Assembly (NCBI GenBank): GCA_025201805.1
Contig: MU619374.1
Span: forward strand, 23,035-87,034
Source: Parasitella parasitica NRRL 2501
Taxonomy: Eukaryota; Fungi; Mucoromycota
Direction: 5' to 3'
Length of the DNA: 64,000 nt
Shown piece after piece: positions 1 to 13,196 of this stretch (position 1 is the first letter of the stretch; each line of letters starts with the position of its first letter). The position numbers were made by a program, and so were the translations under genes. The notes under the pieces were generated by a model. It was not told where the DNA came from and made no database searches. It saw only the letters and a program-made list of their open reading frames with translations.

Positions 1-1412
1 GGGTAAGCCAATTTCAATGTTTTCCGCATAACATTGACATCATGTACAAATGTCTGTCCGGTTCGTTCAGACATCTTTTGTCCAACACCATGAATCACAA
101 ACATCAAGTGGTCAATTTTGCGAACTTCTTCCTCGCTATTCTCATTGTCGTAATCCTCGGCCTCGTTTGCTTCCATCTGCTGCTTTTCCTCTTCTTTTGC
201 ATTTAATTCCTCATCAGACGACGAATCTATCTTGTCTTCGTCCGCTGCTGTCGGCACCGCTGCTGATTTGGATGATGTGGCAGATGAAGTTTTTGACTTT
301 TTGGTCAACTCTTCCACAGCTGGGTACCCTCGAATCAGTCGAGTTCCGCCGAGATTTTGCTTGTTTGTAAGTCGAGTGATGATGCTTTTGGCTAATTTAC
401 TGCTTGTGCTATTTCTAAATAGCGAATACTCTGTGAATCGTTTATGATTTCCATCACACGCCGGTACTTACGATAACAACCAAGCGTGGCTTTTGCCTGT
501 ATACACTATATATTGTCCTAGATAAGGGCCCAGCAAATTCCACTGTTTGTCTACCGATTTTTGCGACAGCGACATTTCTAATTTCTTTTCTTCTACAGCC
601 GTCTCTGAAGCTGACATGGGGGTTGTGTTGCTGGTCGCAGACACTGCATCCTTCGCAGGGGAGACGGCTTGCACAGTCGCTTCTTCCTCAGCTGCAATGA
701 TAGATGTTGTTGCAGCAGTGGGCAAATACGGCTTGTGTTTACTGTAGGAATCCGCATATTTCAATCACATTGCACTCTGATATCGATTGTTACCACTTAC
801 TAATAACCCAGTTCTATTTGCTCTGCAACATTTTCTTCACAAGGAACCCACCCGTCGCTTTGCATGAACCATGTAGCTCTACGCACCTCGTAACTGGGAC
901 CTTCCCAGTACACTGGACTGATCGTGCGTTGCGTTACATCCACCTCGAACAAGTGATCTTCGTTTACAGGCACTTTAGCTCTCACGTCATGATTCTATAT
1001 GACGCTGTCAATAGTTTTGTTTATTTCTGATTCATGCCTGGATGGACTTTTTACCTGATAAGCTTTTTCAAGGGCAGCAGAGTCACGCTGAGAGAAAGGC
1101 ACCCATTTGGATGAAAGCTTGAGTTTAGGTGTAGACGGACTCTTTGGTATAGGTGTTTTACCCAGGTTGGATGAGCTTCTGGCTCGTCTGATTGATACAG
1201 GGTCTATCACGGGGTTATCAATAGCATGGAACCTATGAGAGAAAGAAAGAAAAAAAAAAAAGAAGTCAATACAATCCAATGTCTGTTTTTTCATTGTTGC
1301 TTTACCATCGAGCTACTAAGGGGGGAACGTCAAGGTCGGGTATCAAGCTCAATGGCCGAGGGTTTCTCCTCTGAAAGGTCATATCCTTCTGTTTAGAATC
1401 CGGCTCCAGCAT
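1..1412 (-). CDS. DDHD-domain phospholipase A1 (DDL1/PA-PLA1-like), multi-exon, runs off the window start
   Basis: Exons encode KWVPFSQRDSAALEKAY and VPVNEDHLFEVDV...ISPVYWEGPSYEVRRATWF, typical of the DDHD family N-terminus; ATG at 1412; GT-AG introns. Confidence 0.8.
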
Positions 1413-1608
1413 ATGTGTGTATCAAAGCTGGCAGAATGAATAGCAGAAAGAAAAAAAAAAAGGCTGTTTACAATGGTGATGATGAAGCTACATTTACCGT
1501 ACATAATAGTGTCCAAAAGCATGAAAGCCGGTCACGAAAAACGAGTTGATTACCCCATTGCATCAACCTCCATCGCTCTACTTTTGCTCTTTTAATAGAA
1601 GGACAAAG

Positions 1609-2118
1609 ATGGGTAAATGGACAGACAAATTATACATTACGCACTCTGAATGGAGCGGTGAAGTGGGTCAGCACTCTGCCTCGGGCGGTATTTCTGGAAA
1701 AACAGCATCTTCCGGCTTTAAACGACTTCCATTCTACTGCTGTTCGCTTTCATTGCAGCCGTTTGAGCACCCAGTTTGCACGGCTGATGGAGTCATTTTC
1801 GATCTAGTCCACATTATCCCCTACATAAAAAAGTATGGCACCAACCCTGTTACTGGCGAAAGGCTCCAGACAAAAGATCTGATAAAGTTGAATTTCCACA
1901 AGAACGAAAAGGACGAGTATCATTGTCCTGTTACGTTCAAAGTATTCACAGACCACACTGCTATTGCAGCCATCAAGACTACAGGCAACGTATTTGCGTA
2001 TGACACCATGGAAAAGCTGAATATCAAAGCCAAGCATTGGAGAGATCTCATTACTGACGAGCCATTCACCAGGAAGGATATCATCATGATCCAGGTATGC
2101 TGTTGCTCCATGAAAATA

Positions 2119-2159
<41 letters not shown>

Positions 2160-3405
2160 CCTTCTACAGGACCCTCATAACTTGGAAAAGCGGGACATGT
2201 CCAAGTTTGACTATGTAAAGACAAACAAAAAGGTAGTAAACGTAGCCGAAGAATTGGAGAAAAGAAAGCCAACGCACAATATCAATGTTGCTGGACTGGG
2301 AAACACCAAGAAAGTGTTGGATGCATTGGCTAGCAAGAAGAACGAAAAAGGAGAGGATGAGGTCAAGAAAACACCTACTACATTTCACCAAACAAAAGCC
2401 AAGCTTCCATACAATGCGGCTCATTATACAACCGGCGAGGCTGCTGAATCGTTTACGTCGACTGCTATGGGAACGTATACACTCGCCACAAGAGCCTTGA
2501 TCGACGAAGACGATTTTATGTACAAGAAAATCAAATCCAAGTCATACGCTCGGATCATCACAAACTACGGCAACATCAATATCGAGCTCTTCAGCGACAG
2601 GGTGCAGCGCACTTGCCATAATTTTGTGCAGCTGGCTAAAACTGGATACTACAATGGCGTTTTGTTTCACAGAAACATCAAGAAATTCATGATTCAAGGT
2701 GGCGATCCCACTGGCACTGGTCGGGGTGGACAGTCTATTTGGAAACATGATTTCCCTGACGAGATCAAGACTACGCTAACGCACAACGCCCGCGGTATAC
2801 TCAGCATGGCTAACAAGGGGAAAGACACCAACAGTTCTCAATTGTAACTAGTTGCACCTATTTTCATTTTCATAGTGACTAACATGACTTGTAGCTTTAT
2901 TACCTATGCACCAGCGCCTCAATTAGATGGGAAACATACAGTCTTTGGAAAAGTAGTTGGCGGACTAGATGTACTAAAAAAACTGGAGGCAATCCCAGTA
3001 GACGAAAAGGACAGGCCAGAGAGAGACATCAAAATCAAGCAAATCCAAGTTTTTGTTGATCCATTTGAAGAGTATCAAACTCGATTGAAAAAGAAGCTTA
3101 GTCATGAGGCTAATAGAGAAGCAGAGGATGAAGAGGCGCGACGAAAGAGGGAAAAAGAGGACAAAATGGGATGGTTTGGGCCAAGTATATCAAAAAAAAC
3201 AAGTGCTGATGCCGATGCCGGTGCTGGTGTTGGCAAGTATTTGCAACCTACTGCTTCTGTTGACGCACCCAAGAAAAGAAGTGCTGATCGTTTGGATCAA
3301 GATGAGAATGCAGAGGAAGAAATTGGTGTATCGCAAAAGAAGCTTAAAGCATTGCAGCAATCATCACAAAAGAAATCGTCCTATGGCAATTTTGACAATT
3401 TCTAA
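1609..3405 (+). CDS. PPIL2: U-box/RING plus cyclophilin peptidyl-prolyl isomerase (PPIL2/Cyp60-like)
   Basis: [15 protein letters not shown] start, U-box [12 protein letters not shown]...KYGTNPVTG, cyclophilin [22 protein letters not shown] and [14 protein letters not shown]; introns 2095-2169 and about 2844-2894. Confidence 0.93.
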
Positions 3406-4992
3406 TCAAATAAAAAGCTTCAAGCTTTTGTATTAGTGATTTTATAGTATAGAAAATAATTACCAGATAAAACGCTTTTCATTCGAGCTACATACATTCC
3501 AGTAAGTTACTCTCCTCAGGTCATCTTGGTTGTCGGAAACACTATCATCTATATAGTATTGAGCTTGCCATTGCAAAGTTGTGTCTCATAGATAGCACTC
3601 TAATCAGCATGGTGCATTTCTAACTTGTTTTGTAATGCTCTTTACAGTACATGTTTTTAAGATCATTCAAAATTGTAAACATATAGCCTGCCACTTTCAA
3701 AAGCCTTCTAGTATGTACAATATGCTCAGATATGGATCTAAAACTGGCGCAAACACTTGATGAAAAAACTGCTCTTTATAATGTACTGCACGGACACAAA
3801 CAATACTTTATCTCAAAAGTCAAGAAAATGTATGTGATAGCAATGTACAGGTAGATTTGAAAAATTATGCAAGCGCAACAAATGGACATTTCGCATTGTT
3901 TCATCAATGGCAACAATTGCTCATTATAATGTTTCAAAAAAACAAATGATCCTGTGAATTATTCTCAACAATGATTCAGCAAGACCGGAGGAAGAGCAGA
4001 TTGTCAAATCATGATGGCTGATGAGACTAACCCTGAGAAAAATTGTTCATGATGTATTGGTTCAAATGAAGCTACTATATACGATCTCTCATTTTTCTCT
4101 GCATAACAGAGCATTCCACAAACTTGGCCATATAAAAATAACAGATACTCAAAAAAGTCTCCAATGTGATGTGACACCTAGAATTGCATGAAAAACCCAG
4201 GCCTAAAAACTACACGCCCAATCAATGTATTACAGATTTCTCAGGGGTGATTCGAATGTGTGGCGCGGCTTCACGGAAAGCCTCGTTCTGTCATTCCAAT
4301 ACACGTAATGTCCTGATCAAGTAAAATGACAAATCATCGCTAAACTCGTTTGCTTGACTGTTGCTTATTAAGTAATCCCATAGCTTCTTAGGCGATAAAA
4401 ATCCTTTTGTTCAATCTTTCTTAAATCCCGATAAATCGACAGCTTGGTAACGAATCGTAGAATAATATGGAAAGAGCCAGAACAATGGATGCCAATTACA
4501 GAAATGGGAGCAACCCAATGGAATCGGAGTTGTGCAAATGTATCTGATCTTTGGACGACAATAATTAATAATCAACCACAATACATCTCATGTATTAGTC
4601 ATAAAAGGAGTCATTGGATTTGTTTTTCGCATGAAGAGCATTTCATTCGACGAATCCTATCCAAAAATTCACAAATACATGATTGAAATCATGGTTATTT
4701 ACAATCAAATGCCCAATATCGATATATCTAATTTCAAACAGAGAGCTTCAAAATAGGATGGATGAGTCAATTTCGTTTTCGGAAAGGGCCAAAACGTAAT
4801 ACTAAATTCCATTTTGGGAACAGAAAAAATTTAGCCTGTTAATGAGAGCCTAGCGTAGATTTGTATATAGAATACCGAGAAAAAAATTATGGATGGTGCA
4901 TTTTGGTTGATCATTTTGAGAACATTTTTTGTTCATCATAGTGACACTTTTGTTTGGGAACAGGAATATTTCCTTTGTGGGAAGGTTAAACT

Positions 4993-5008
4993 TGTTGCCA
5001 TGGCAACA
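4993..5008. promoter_or_regulatory. RFX-type X-box palindrome TGTTGCCATGGCAACA
   Basis: Perfect 16-bp palindrome containing the RFX consensus GTTGCCATGGCAAC, about 480 bp upstream of the C2H2 gene. Confidence 0.6.
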
Positions 5009-5301
5009 GGGTCACACCCGTTTGGTGGGCTTCATTATGAATCAAAAAAAAAAAAGCAATCATTTGTAACACAAACAATAGGGGATATTGTTTTCTTTTG
5101 AGTTAATGACTATTAAGTCAGGTTTATCTTGAAATGAAGATAGAATATCTTGATTTCAAGTCTACATTGATCAAATCCATTGTAATAAAATCCTTAAACG
5201 TTGATGAGAATGAAATTGATCCGGAAGCACACGTCAAAGTTACTCAAATCCAAGCATTTTGAAGTTTCAGAATTTAGCAACCGACTTCATACGAATGGAA
5301 A

Positions 5302-5321
5302 ATGGTTGCCATGGCGACCAT
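5302..5321. promoter_or_regulatory. Second X-box-like palindrome ATGGTTGCCATGGCGACCAT
   Basis: One mismatch to the X-box; TATAAATA follows at about 5405. Confidence 0.55.
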
Positions 5322-5489
5322 CCGCGAGTCACAACGCAGCGTTAGGATGACAAATTTCTAAATGACCCCTTGATTCTGGCTTCTTCTATCAATCAAAAAT
5401 TAATATAAATAGGACGATAGTTTTCAATATTTCAACTCTTTTTTTTTCTTTCTATTTTTATCACATTTATTATTTTAGAAATTTAAACC

Positions 5490-6512
5490 ATGTTTACATA
5501 TAACTCAATGCAATACAATACCAACTCTATGCAAACTTCACCTTCAATGGCAACACCTTACCTGGAATCATCTAATATTGACACACCATATCTCGACAAT
5601 TATAATGCAGAGACACCACCCTTCTTTGACACTGGATCAGACATCTCGCCTTACTTGGTGTATGCATCGTTTGCTAATAATCATCCACAGAATATCAACT
5701 CCAAGGACGTCTTTATTGCTGGCTATTTAGATGGTCATGAGAATAGTGACATTGCCAAATTGACACATGATCCTATAAAATTCAATGGTGACCCAAGCGT
5801 TTTGCTAATTGACAAATCAAAGTCATTGCATTTATCTTACCCTTCTCCAGCCGCCGCAGAATCAAAGCCCTCTCCCACAGTTAAATTGGAGACTGTGACC
5901 GAGGAAGGCCCTGATTCATTGTTTCCTCCTCTTAATTCTTCTCAACAATCCATGAGCACTGAAAATCAACCAACACAAGATGTATCCTTGGATCAATTGC
6001 TAGGCTTCGATCCCTCTTCTCCTCTTAGTGAAGACGACTGCGAAGACTGTACTGATCAAGAAGCCCAACCGATTGAGGAGCAGGAAAAGCCTGTGGAGCA
6101 ACAGCATGCCAGGAAAAGAAAAGCCCCTGACACCGCAGCAGCATCGGGTCGTTCGTCCTCCAAGAAAACCAAGACTACCTCTCCCAAGAATGGCTCTGTA
6201 GCCAAGATTCCTAAAGAAACCAAGCTTTATCAGTGTCCTTTGTGTTCTCATGTATCGAAGCGAAGATACAATTTGTCAACTCATATCAAGACTCATAACA
6301 AGGACAGGGTCAAGGAATTTGATTGCCTCCATCCACATTGCCAGAAGAGCTTTGACCGTCGCCATGATAGAGATCGTCATCTTGCCACTGTTCATCGTGG
6401 TGAGCGTTCATTCACCTGCACAGATTGCAAGTCTCATTTCAGCCGCAGAGATGCCCTCAACCGCCATTTAATTCAAAAGCACGATTATGACGAAGAGGGT
6501 TTCGCCGAATAA
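5490..6512 (+). CDS. C2H2 zinc-finger transcription factor (three fingers)
   Basis: Intronless ORF with C-terminal CPLC..HIKTH, CLHPHC..HLATVH and CTDC..HLIQKH fingers, a basic NLS and an acidic N-terminus. Confidence 0.92.
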   Translation: MFTYNSMQYNTNSMQTSPSMATPYLESSNIDTPYLDNYNAETPPFFDTGSDISPYLVYASFANNHPQNINSKDVFIAGYLDGHENSDIAKLTHDPIKFNGDPSVLLIDKSKSLHLSYPSPAAAESKPSPTVKLETVTEEGPDSLFPPLNSSQQSMSTENQPTQDVSLDQLLGFDPSSPLSEDDCEDCTDQEAQPIEEQEKPVEQQHARKRKAPDTAAASGRSSSKKTKTTSPKNGSVAKIPKETKLYQCPLCSHVSKRRYNLSTHIKTHNKDRVKEFDCLHPHCQKSFDRRHDRDRHLATVHRGERSFTCTDCKSHFSRRDALNRHLIQKHDYDEEGFAE

Positions 6513-6975
6513 GTCTTTATTTTTCAACATAGAACAACACAAACTATACATTTACCTTGCTTCTTGCTTCGATCGATTGGAATATTTTAAAAATGACAGC
6601 ACGACACTTTTGCCTGCACATGGCCAGCTTGGTAGACCTTCCCTTTGTTTTTATGATTACTGATATTGATATCCACCCCACTTTTCTGTATAATCAAACT
6701 TAATTTTGTCTACCTTCTCTTCATTTGAATAACACTGTAATAATCAAAGTATTATTATACTTGTTCGCTACCACTCCACTCTTTCTTTTTTTCTTCTTTT
6801 CCTATTTCTATTTCACAAAACATAATACTAGTTTTATTTAAATGTATCCAGAGTTTAATGAAAAATAAAAAATAAAATGAACCTTTCATATAAAATATGC
6901 CCAAAATTATACCTTGGCATCTGTTTCTCTTTTTAATTTTTGCTGTCTTGAGAAATGAGATCATATTTTATGCAT

Positions 6976-8556
6976 TTATTGATAACGCTGAACAACGACA
7001 CTGTTTAATAGACCAGCATCTTTTACTGTTTGATTATCATCCCCAAGTTCCTTGACCGGAAAGGTCGTTTGTAAAACATATGATTTTGAGGCAGGGTGAG
7101 TTCTATGAAACAGAAATGATGTGATCGGTTAGTAGTTCAACATGCTAATTAATTAATCACACTTACGATTCAATGTATTGGCGCAAATCAGCAATGGTAT
7201 GAGTGTGATTCAACTTGGCAACTATCCTAGACCCATCTCCAAGACGAATTTGAATGTTTGTAGTGGGCTGGCTTTCATCCACGGCTGGTGCAGCAGCATT
7301 GGAAGAAGAGCTACTAGGAAAAGTACCCGGCGCAGGGCTTGGCTCTGTGTAGACTGAAGAGCTACCAAGACGATTACCAACGCCCTCAAATGGCTTTGGG
7401 GGGGCCTTGGGAGGGGGAGTATAATCTTCATCAATACGCTTAACCACAACTTCCACAGGCTGACCAGGACGGACGTTAAGCAATGATAACGGTGCACGGC
7501 TATAGCAAATAATTAATATACAATCTTCTCCGCCGGCCTGACCACGGTGTTCTTACCCGCTATTGATAGCTGTCAACATCTCCTGATTAGCAGGATCAGA
7601 GAAAGAGTATAAACGCCCATCGTCCACACTAAATCCATTGCGCCAGAATGTCAAATGGCGAGTAGTCTTTTATGACACATTAACAGCCCAATTGAGTAAT
7701 GCTATTCTTTTTCTACTTACAGGCTCCATATCATCTGCAGTAGAAGAGGTGGCAGAGGTGGCAGAGGTGGCAGAGGTGGCAGGTTGAGCCAAAGAGGATG
7801 GCTCGTCATCACTACCTAATCTGTATCCTGATCCTGTATAGTAAATAGGCTTCTTCTGAGGTGTTTCTTCGTCAGGAGCAGCTCCGCCTCTGATTTGATT
7901 GAGCGTTAATATACGAGTTTACGTGTCTATTTAAATGATACACCTACTCGGCTGCCTTTTTCAGAATTTGATCGACAAGATTATTATTGTTACTACCGCT
8001 TGCACCGCCACGCTTGTTAGGTCCTTGTACAGCCATACCACTTTTTTTTTTGTTAACGCTTCATCTTGAATCCCATTAATGAATACATACGATTTTTCAC
8101 CGCCAGCGTACAGGTTCTCATGATCGTCGTCATCTGAATTGTCGTTTTGACCAGATGAATTGATGTCGCTCAATGTGTGAAACTTGGAGCTATACATACC
8201 AATTGAGTCTCGAATAATTTGTAAATATCGGGTCAACTTACAAAGAAGCGGTAGTTTTTCTCTTTGTAGGCGTAGCTGAGCCTGAGCCTGGGCCTGAGCC
8301 TGAGCCTGAGCCTGTCGATGTATTTGACTGGGGATCAAAAGGTTCTGACGATTGTCTATCAGCAGTGGCACCGTCGAAATACTGGCTTAGGGCCATCTTT
8401 TGATAAACGGTTAATAAGCATTTGATGCATAGTTTGGATTGACTACTGGTGTACCTCTAGGTTCCAGTTGGCTGCTTCTAGATAGAATTGTGCTTGGTTT
8501 TCAGTGGCACCTGTCGTGGCGACAAACTGCTTGGATAACTCGCTCTGATCACTCAT
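6976..8556 (-). CDS. SHP1: UBA-SEP-UBX protein Shp1/p47 (Cdc48 cofactor), multi-exon
   Basis: N-terminal [38 protein letters not shown] domain [16 protein letters not shown] domain [13 protein letters not shown]. Confidence 0.92.
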
Positions 8557-8842
8557 GGTTGGAAAGAATGTATCTATTAAAAGTAAAGAAATGCATACGT
8601 AAACATGGGGTTTAGTTTGGCGACCTCGAGTATGCAAGCTAGCAGATCGAGTCACATTGAAGCCAAGCGATCAAACATCAGCACTGCTTAGTGGTGTCTG
8701 TATCGTAGTTCAAAGAGCATGTTGATGCACTTTTTTGGAAATCATTTTTACAGAGAGTATACGCATATTTTGGACTCGAAGGATCTGTGATAATACGCTA
8801 GATTGCAATTTTTTTTCTAGCTCCTCCTTTATCTATTCTTAC

Positions 8843-9640
8843 ATGCCTAAACTGCGATACAAAGAACACGAGAAGAAAGAAAGGAAGGAGAGCTGCCATG
8901 GAAAAAAGCACAAATCATCATCAAAGGGCAGCAAGAAAAAGTATTACACGCCACCGACGTTGTACGAGCAGGAGGACGGTTGGGAAGCTCCATCCAGTTC
9001 GTACAAACAAGACGAAGCGGCGTGGCGAGAACATCTTTTCGACGCCATGATAGAGGATGAGGGACAGGATCCATTTTACACTTCCTATCAGCAACCTACA
9101 CCGGCTGATGTCATGACCGAAGAAGAGTACCGTCAGCATATAGTCAACGGCATGTATCGACGTACTCATGCAGAGGACATTGCTGCAGAGGAAAAGCGAC
9201 AAGCACAAAAAGAAAAGAAGCGACTAGAACAAGAAAGGGCCAAACTAGAACAGGAAGAAAGACATGCCGAGCAGATACGATTACAGCAGGCCTACAGCAG
9301 GCTAAAAGCTGTTAGTAGCAGCAAAGCGGATTATGCAGAGAAATGGAAGAAATTAGACGCATTGGAGGTTGTCCACAAAAAGGACATCCCTTGGCCTCTT
9401 GTCGGCAAGGAATTCAGCCTGGACTCAGTGCGATCTTTTGTTGTTGAGGCTGGCGCAGAAAGCAGCGAAATCAAGAAAAATGTGCGAAAGGAGCAGACAA
9501 GATATCATCCTGACAAGTTTATTACAAGATACATGAAGAAATTCAAAGGATCAGAAAAAGAACGGCAGAGAGTCCTGACGCATATTAACGAGATATCAGG
9601 CTGGTTGAATGAGATATGGACACAGCTAAATAAAAACTAG
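8843..9640 (+). CDS. NFKBIL1-like coiled-coil protein with C-terminal RYHPDKF motif
   Basis: Intronless ORF with MTEEEYRQHIVNGMY, DIPWP and RKEQTRYHPDKF, the pattern seen in fungal NFKBIL1-like proteins. Confidence 0.7.
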   Translation: MPKLRYKEHEKKERKESCHGKKHKSSSKGSKKKYYTPPTLYEQEDGWEAPSSSYKQDEAAWREHLFDAMIEDEGQDPFYTSYQQPTPADVMTEEEYRQHIVNGMYRRTHAEDIAAEEKRQAQKEKKRLEQERAKLEQEERHAEQIRLQQAYSRLKAVSSSKADYAEKWKKLDALEVVHKKDIPWPLVGKEFSLDSVRSFVVEAGAESSEIKKNVRKEQTRYHPDKFITRYMKKFKGSEKERQRVLTHINEISGWLNEIWTQLNKN

Positions 9641-10852
9641 TCTTGGACTAATTTCCAGATACGCACGAGACCATCGTCGCCCACTGTGGATAGCCAGTCT
9701 GCATGTTGTTTGCTGGGGAACCATGAAACGCCGTTAATATCATAGACACCGTGAGCATCCTTAAAGGTAGTTGTGTTTTTCCATGATGGCGCATCATCGC
9801 CTGTGGAGGTCTCCGAATCCTGCGCATGATTTCTTTCAGTATGCATGCACGCATGCAATTGAAAAACTCACAGATATCTGCTTACCTTTTCAAAAATACG
9901 AATGCTATTATCGCCACTGACACTTGCAATGTATCCATTCACCTTGGACCATGACACGGAATAGATGCATCTCTCATGGAAGCCCGATAGTGTACAGATG
10001 GTCTTCCATGTTGCCTCTCCGTTGTGTGTTGGGATCCCTTGCGGATTGTCGGGTTTGTACATTTTCCAGATGCGCAGGGTTTGGTCGTCAGAAGCAGACA
10101 CTGTGCCATACTAAACATTAGTAAACGTAACGTAACAAACAACACCTTTGACATTATTGTACCAATTTGGTCTCCATCCGCATTAAAATCGAGCGACCAC
10201 ACAGTAGATGTATGGCCCTCCAGAGTATCGGCACAGTACCAGTCGTCTTCATCCTCCTTCCAAATCTTGATTGTATCATCGTAGCTAGCCGAAGCCAAGA
10301 TCTCCAGCTTGGGATGCCATGCCACCATCTTGACATCTTGTGTATGTTCCTGCAACACACTCAAGCATTCGAAATCGTTGTCTGACTCCACCTCCCAAAT
10401 CCAAACACTTTTATCTCGGCTACATGTCGCCAACAATGCGCCAGTTGAAGACCAGGAAACCGATTTGATTTCATTTTCATGCCCTTCCAAAGTGGCTACA
10501 CATTCCCAGTCGTTGACTCGAGGGTCGTTTTCCCATATTCCAGTAGTGGCATCAAAACTAGCCGTTGCCAACTCATTACCTGTAGGAGACCAGGCAACGC
10601 TGCGGATAGTGCGTTTGTGGGCTCCTCTTAATGTCTCTACGCAATGCCATTCTTCAAAATTTTCAACTGAAGCTGGTTTCCACAGGCGGACGGTTTTATC
10701 ACCCGAGCAAGTTGCCAGTAACGTCTTTGTGGGATGCCAAGAAGCCTGCCAGACTCGGTCTTGATGGCCTGTTGCTCTTTGTCAGTATGGGCAGTCTGCC
10801 AGTATATTTAATTTTTACCTTCCAAGGTAGCGAGTAATTTGAGGTATGGCAT
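9637..10852 (-). CDS. CIA1: Cytosolic iron-sulfur assembly WD40 protein Cia1, multi-exon
   Basis: [69 protein letters not shown]. Confidence 0.95.
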
Positions 10853-10992
10853 TATTTAGTGTCAACAAAACAACAAGGCGGAGAGACTCAATGTAACATT
10901 AATAATCCAGTCAAATCGAGAGAGATAGAGAGGATGACAGAGGGTTTTGTGTAGATGATAAGCCACTACTTTTTTTTTTTTTTTTTTTTTTT

Positions 10993-11027
10993 NNNNNNNN
11001 NNNNNNNNNNNNNNNNNNNNNNNNNNN
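10993..11027. other. Assembly gap (others at 22211-22220 and 61428-61437), each next to a homopolymer run
   Basis: Runs of N. Confidence 0.99.
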
Positions 11028-11940
11028 CCTAGCTTCTTTATGGTTAAATGCGTTTTATAAATGTTTGTATAAACATATAAATCATATGCTGTGTGTGTGT
11101 GTTTTTTTAGGAGGCTTCGAATTACCGTAAAAGCTAAACTTGGATATTAATTTGCTATAGATATACAATTTAATGACATTTCTCCATATTTTCGATAAAG
11201 GAGTAGTCTCCATTTTTTTAATATGAAAATTACTGCAGATTAGCAGCTGCAGGCTTTGTCATATACGGCATCGACCATAAAAAAAAAGCCCGCCAAAACT
11301 TGGTTCAAAATGCCTCCTCATTTTTCCTTGCCCCCCCCCCCCTGAACCCGTATCATTTGATTGATTTTGTCTGAAAGGGGAGCAAAAGATGTATGTGTCA
11401 ATAATAAAGGAGATGCGTGTTCATCATTTTATGAAAGGGGAAAAGGGACTAGTCTTTTTACTCCTTTGACCATAATGAATTGGATGGGGGGATTTTTGCC
11501 CGCGCGATCAAAGAACATAGACAATGACAGACGTGAGCAATTTCATTGTCTTTTAAGAATTATAAACGGCAAGGATCAGCATTAATTAAAACCCTGACGA
11601 TACATACAGCGAATCTTGGCCATCACGACCGTATTAGCGTTTTTTCGTGGGTTTTGCTCGTATAAATTGATGATACACGACTATTTCTCACACAACCTCC
11701 TTACTTTTCTGTTTATACAACACATTCCCTCCTTTTTCAATATTAAGGGGACCACCAACAACAAAAGAGCCATAAATCAATAAAGGCCTTCGTTTTGCTT
11801 CTTTTCTCTTTTTTCCTCTTCTTTTCTCTTTCACTTATCTCCTTGAAATTTAATTTCTGCTGTCAAAACTAGATCAAATTTTTAACCCAAAACGTAAAAT
11901 TTTTAGACATTTTTTACTAGAGAAAATATATGAATAAAAC

Positions 11941-13143
11941 ATGACTATAGATAGAGAAAATTTATCTGCTAGTTCATTCGTTGTAAGCATTTTCCCATCA
12001 CGTAAAAATTGCTGGTTTTATTAAAAAATGTGTCAATCTAGATGGAGCCTCTGTATGAACAGCTATTAGCACAGAAATTCACTTCCAGCGTAGACGCCAT
12101 TGAATTTTGTCGCGAAGCATGCCAAGATTACGGATTTTCGATCAAGCATGAAACCAACGCAAATCGAGTAAGTAGTATGTAGGAAATGTGTAAAGAGGAG
12201 GGACTCTGTATGTTCTAACACTTGTCAGAGCATCTACATTTGTTGCTCGCACGAGACCCAATCTGATGGCCTTGAACAACAAACACCACCTTTGAGAAAA
12301 CGACCATCTTCTCTGAAAAATGCCGCTACTGCCTCGCTAGAGTGCAAATGGAGAGTCGTCTTGAGTGAAAATGAAATGACCAATGAGTGGACTTTTCGAA
12401 AATCACTGAACCCACAAGCGTCTGAACATAACCACATGCTGGATGATAATGAACCATCAATCTGGCCGCAAGAAGTCTATAATCGCATTATCCAGTTAGC
12501 GCGTCAAAAGAATATGCAGACGGATGAAATCCGTGATACTATCAAGCTGCAGTTCCCTGATATCACCTGGAACGACCGTCGGTTTTCAAATCATTTGATG
12601 GAAGAACGTAAGAGAATGAGCCAAAAGAGTGTTACAGACAAGGTCCAGCGTTTGGTCATGGCTTCTACTCGCTTGTGTTCTGTAGTCGCTGCAAATGAAG
12701 ACTGGGCTTCGTGCGTTGAAGGGGAATTGGTTAAAATGTTGGAGAACTACAAGCACTTATTAAGAATCCCAAGCCAACAGACAGTTGATTCAAATGTAGA
12801 TTTGCAGTTGGATATGATACATTCGGAAATCGACAAAACCAAAAGGCCTACTTCCAAGCAGCAGCATCAAGATGACGATATGTTTAGCAAAAAGAGGAGA
12901 GCAAACTCTGCTGCCGCCGCTGCTTTGCGCGATAATGGCATCCAGGTTATGTCGGTTCCGAGCTGCACACTTTATATAAGATCTCAACCGCTGAGGTCTT
13001 TGTCTGAACCCTCTTCACAGAGCAGAAGAGCTTTTACTGATCTGATTGCCGCTTCATCTGCATCAGCTATACCACAGCAACATCACCACCAGCAACAACT
13101 ACAGCAGCAACACCACCACCAACAGCAACAGCAACAACAACAG

Positions 13144-13196
<53 letters not shown>

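Noticed and set aside
8277-8312. (TGAGCC)n hexamer and (GAGGTGGCA)n at about 7746-7781 as a CRISPR-like or regulatory array
   Set aside because: Simple coding repeats in SHP1 linkers, with no spacers
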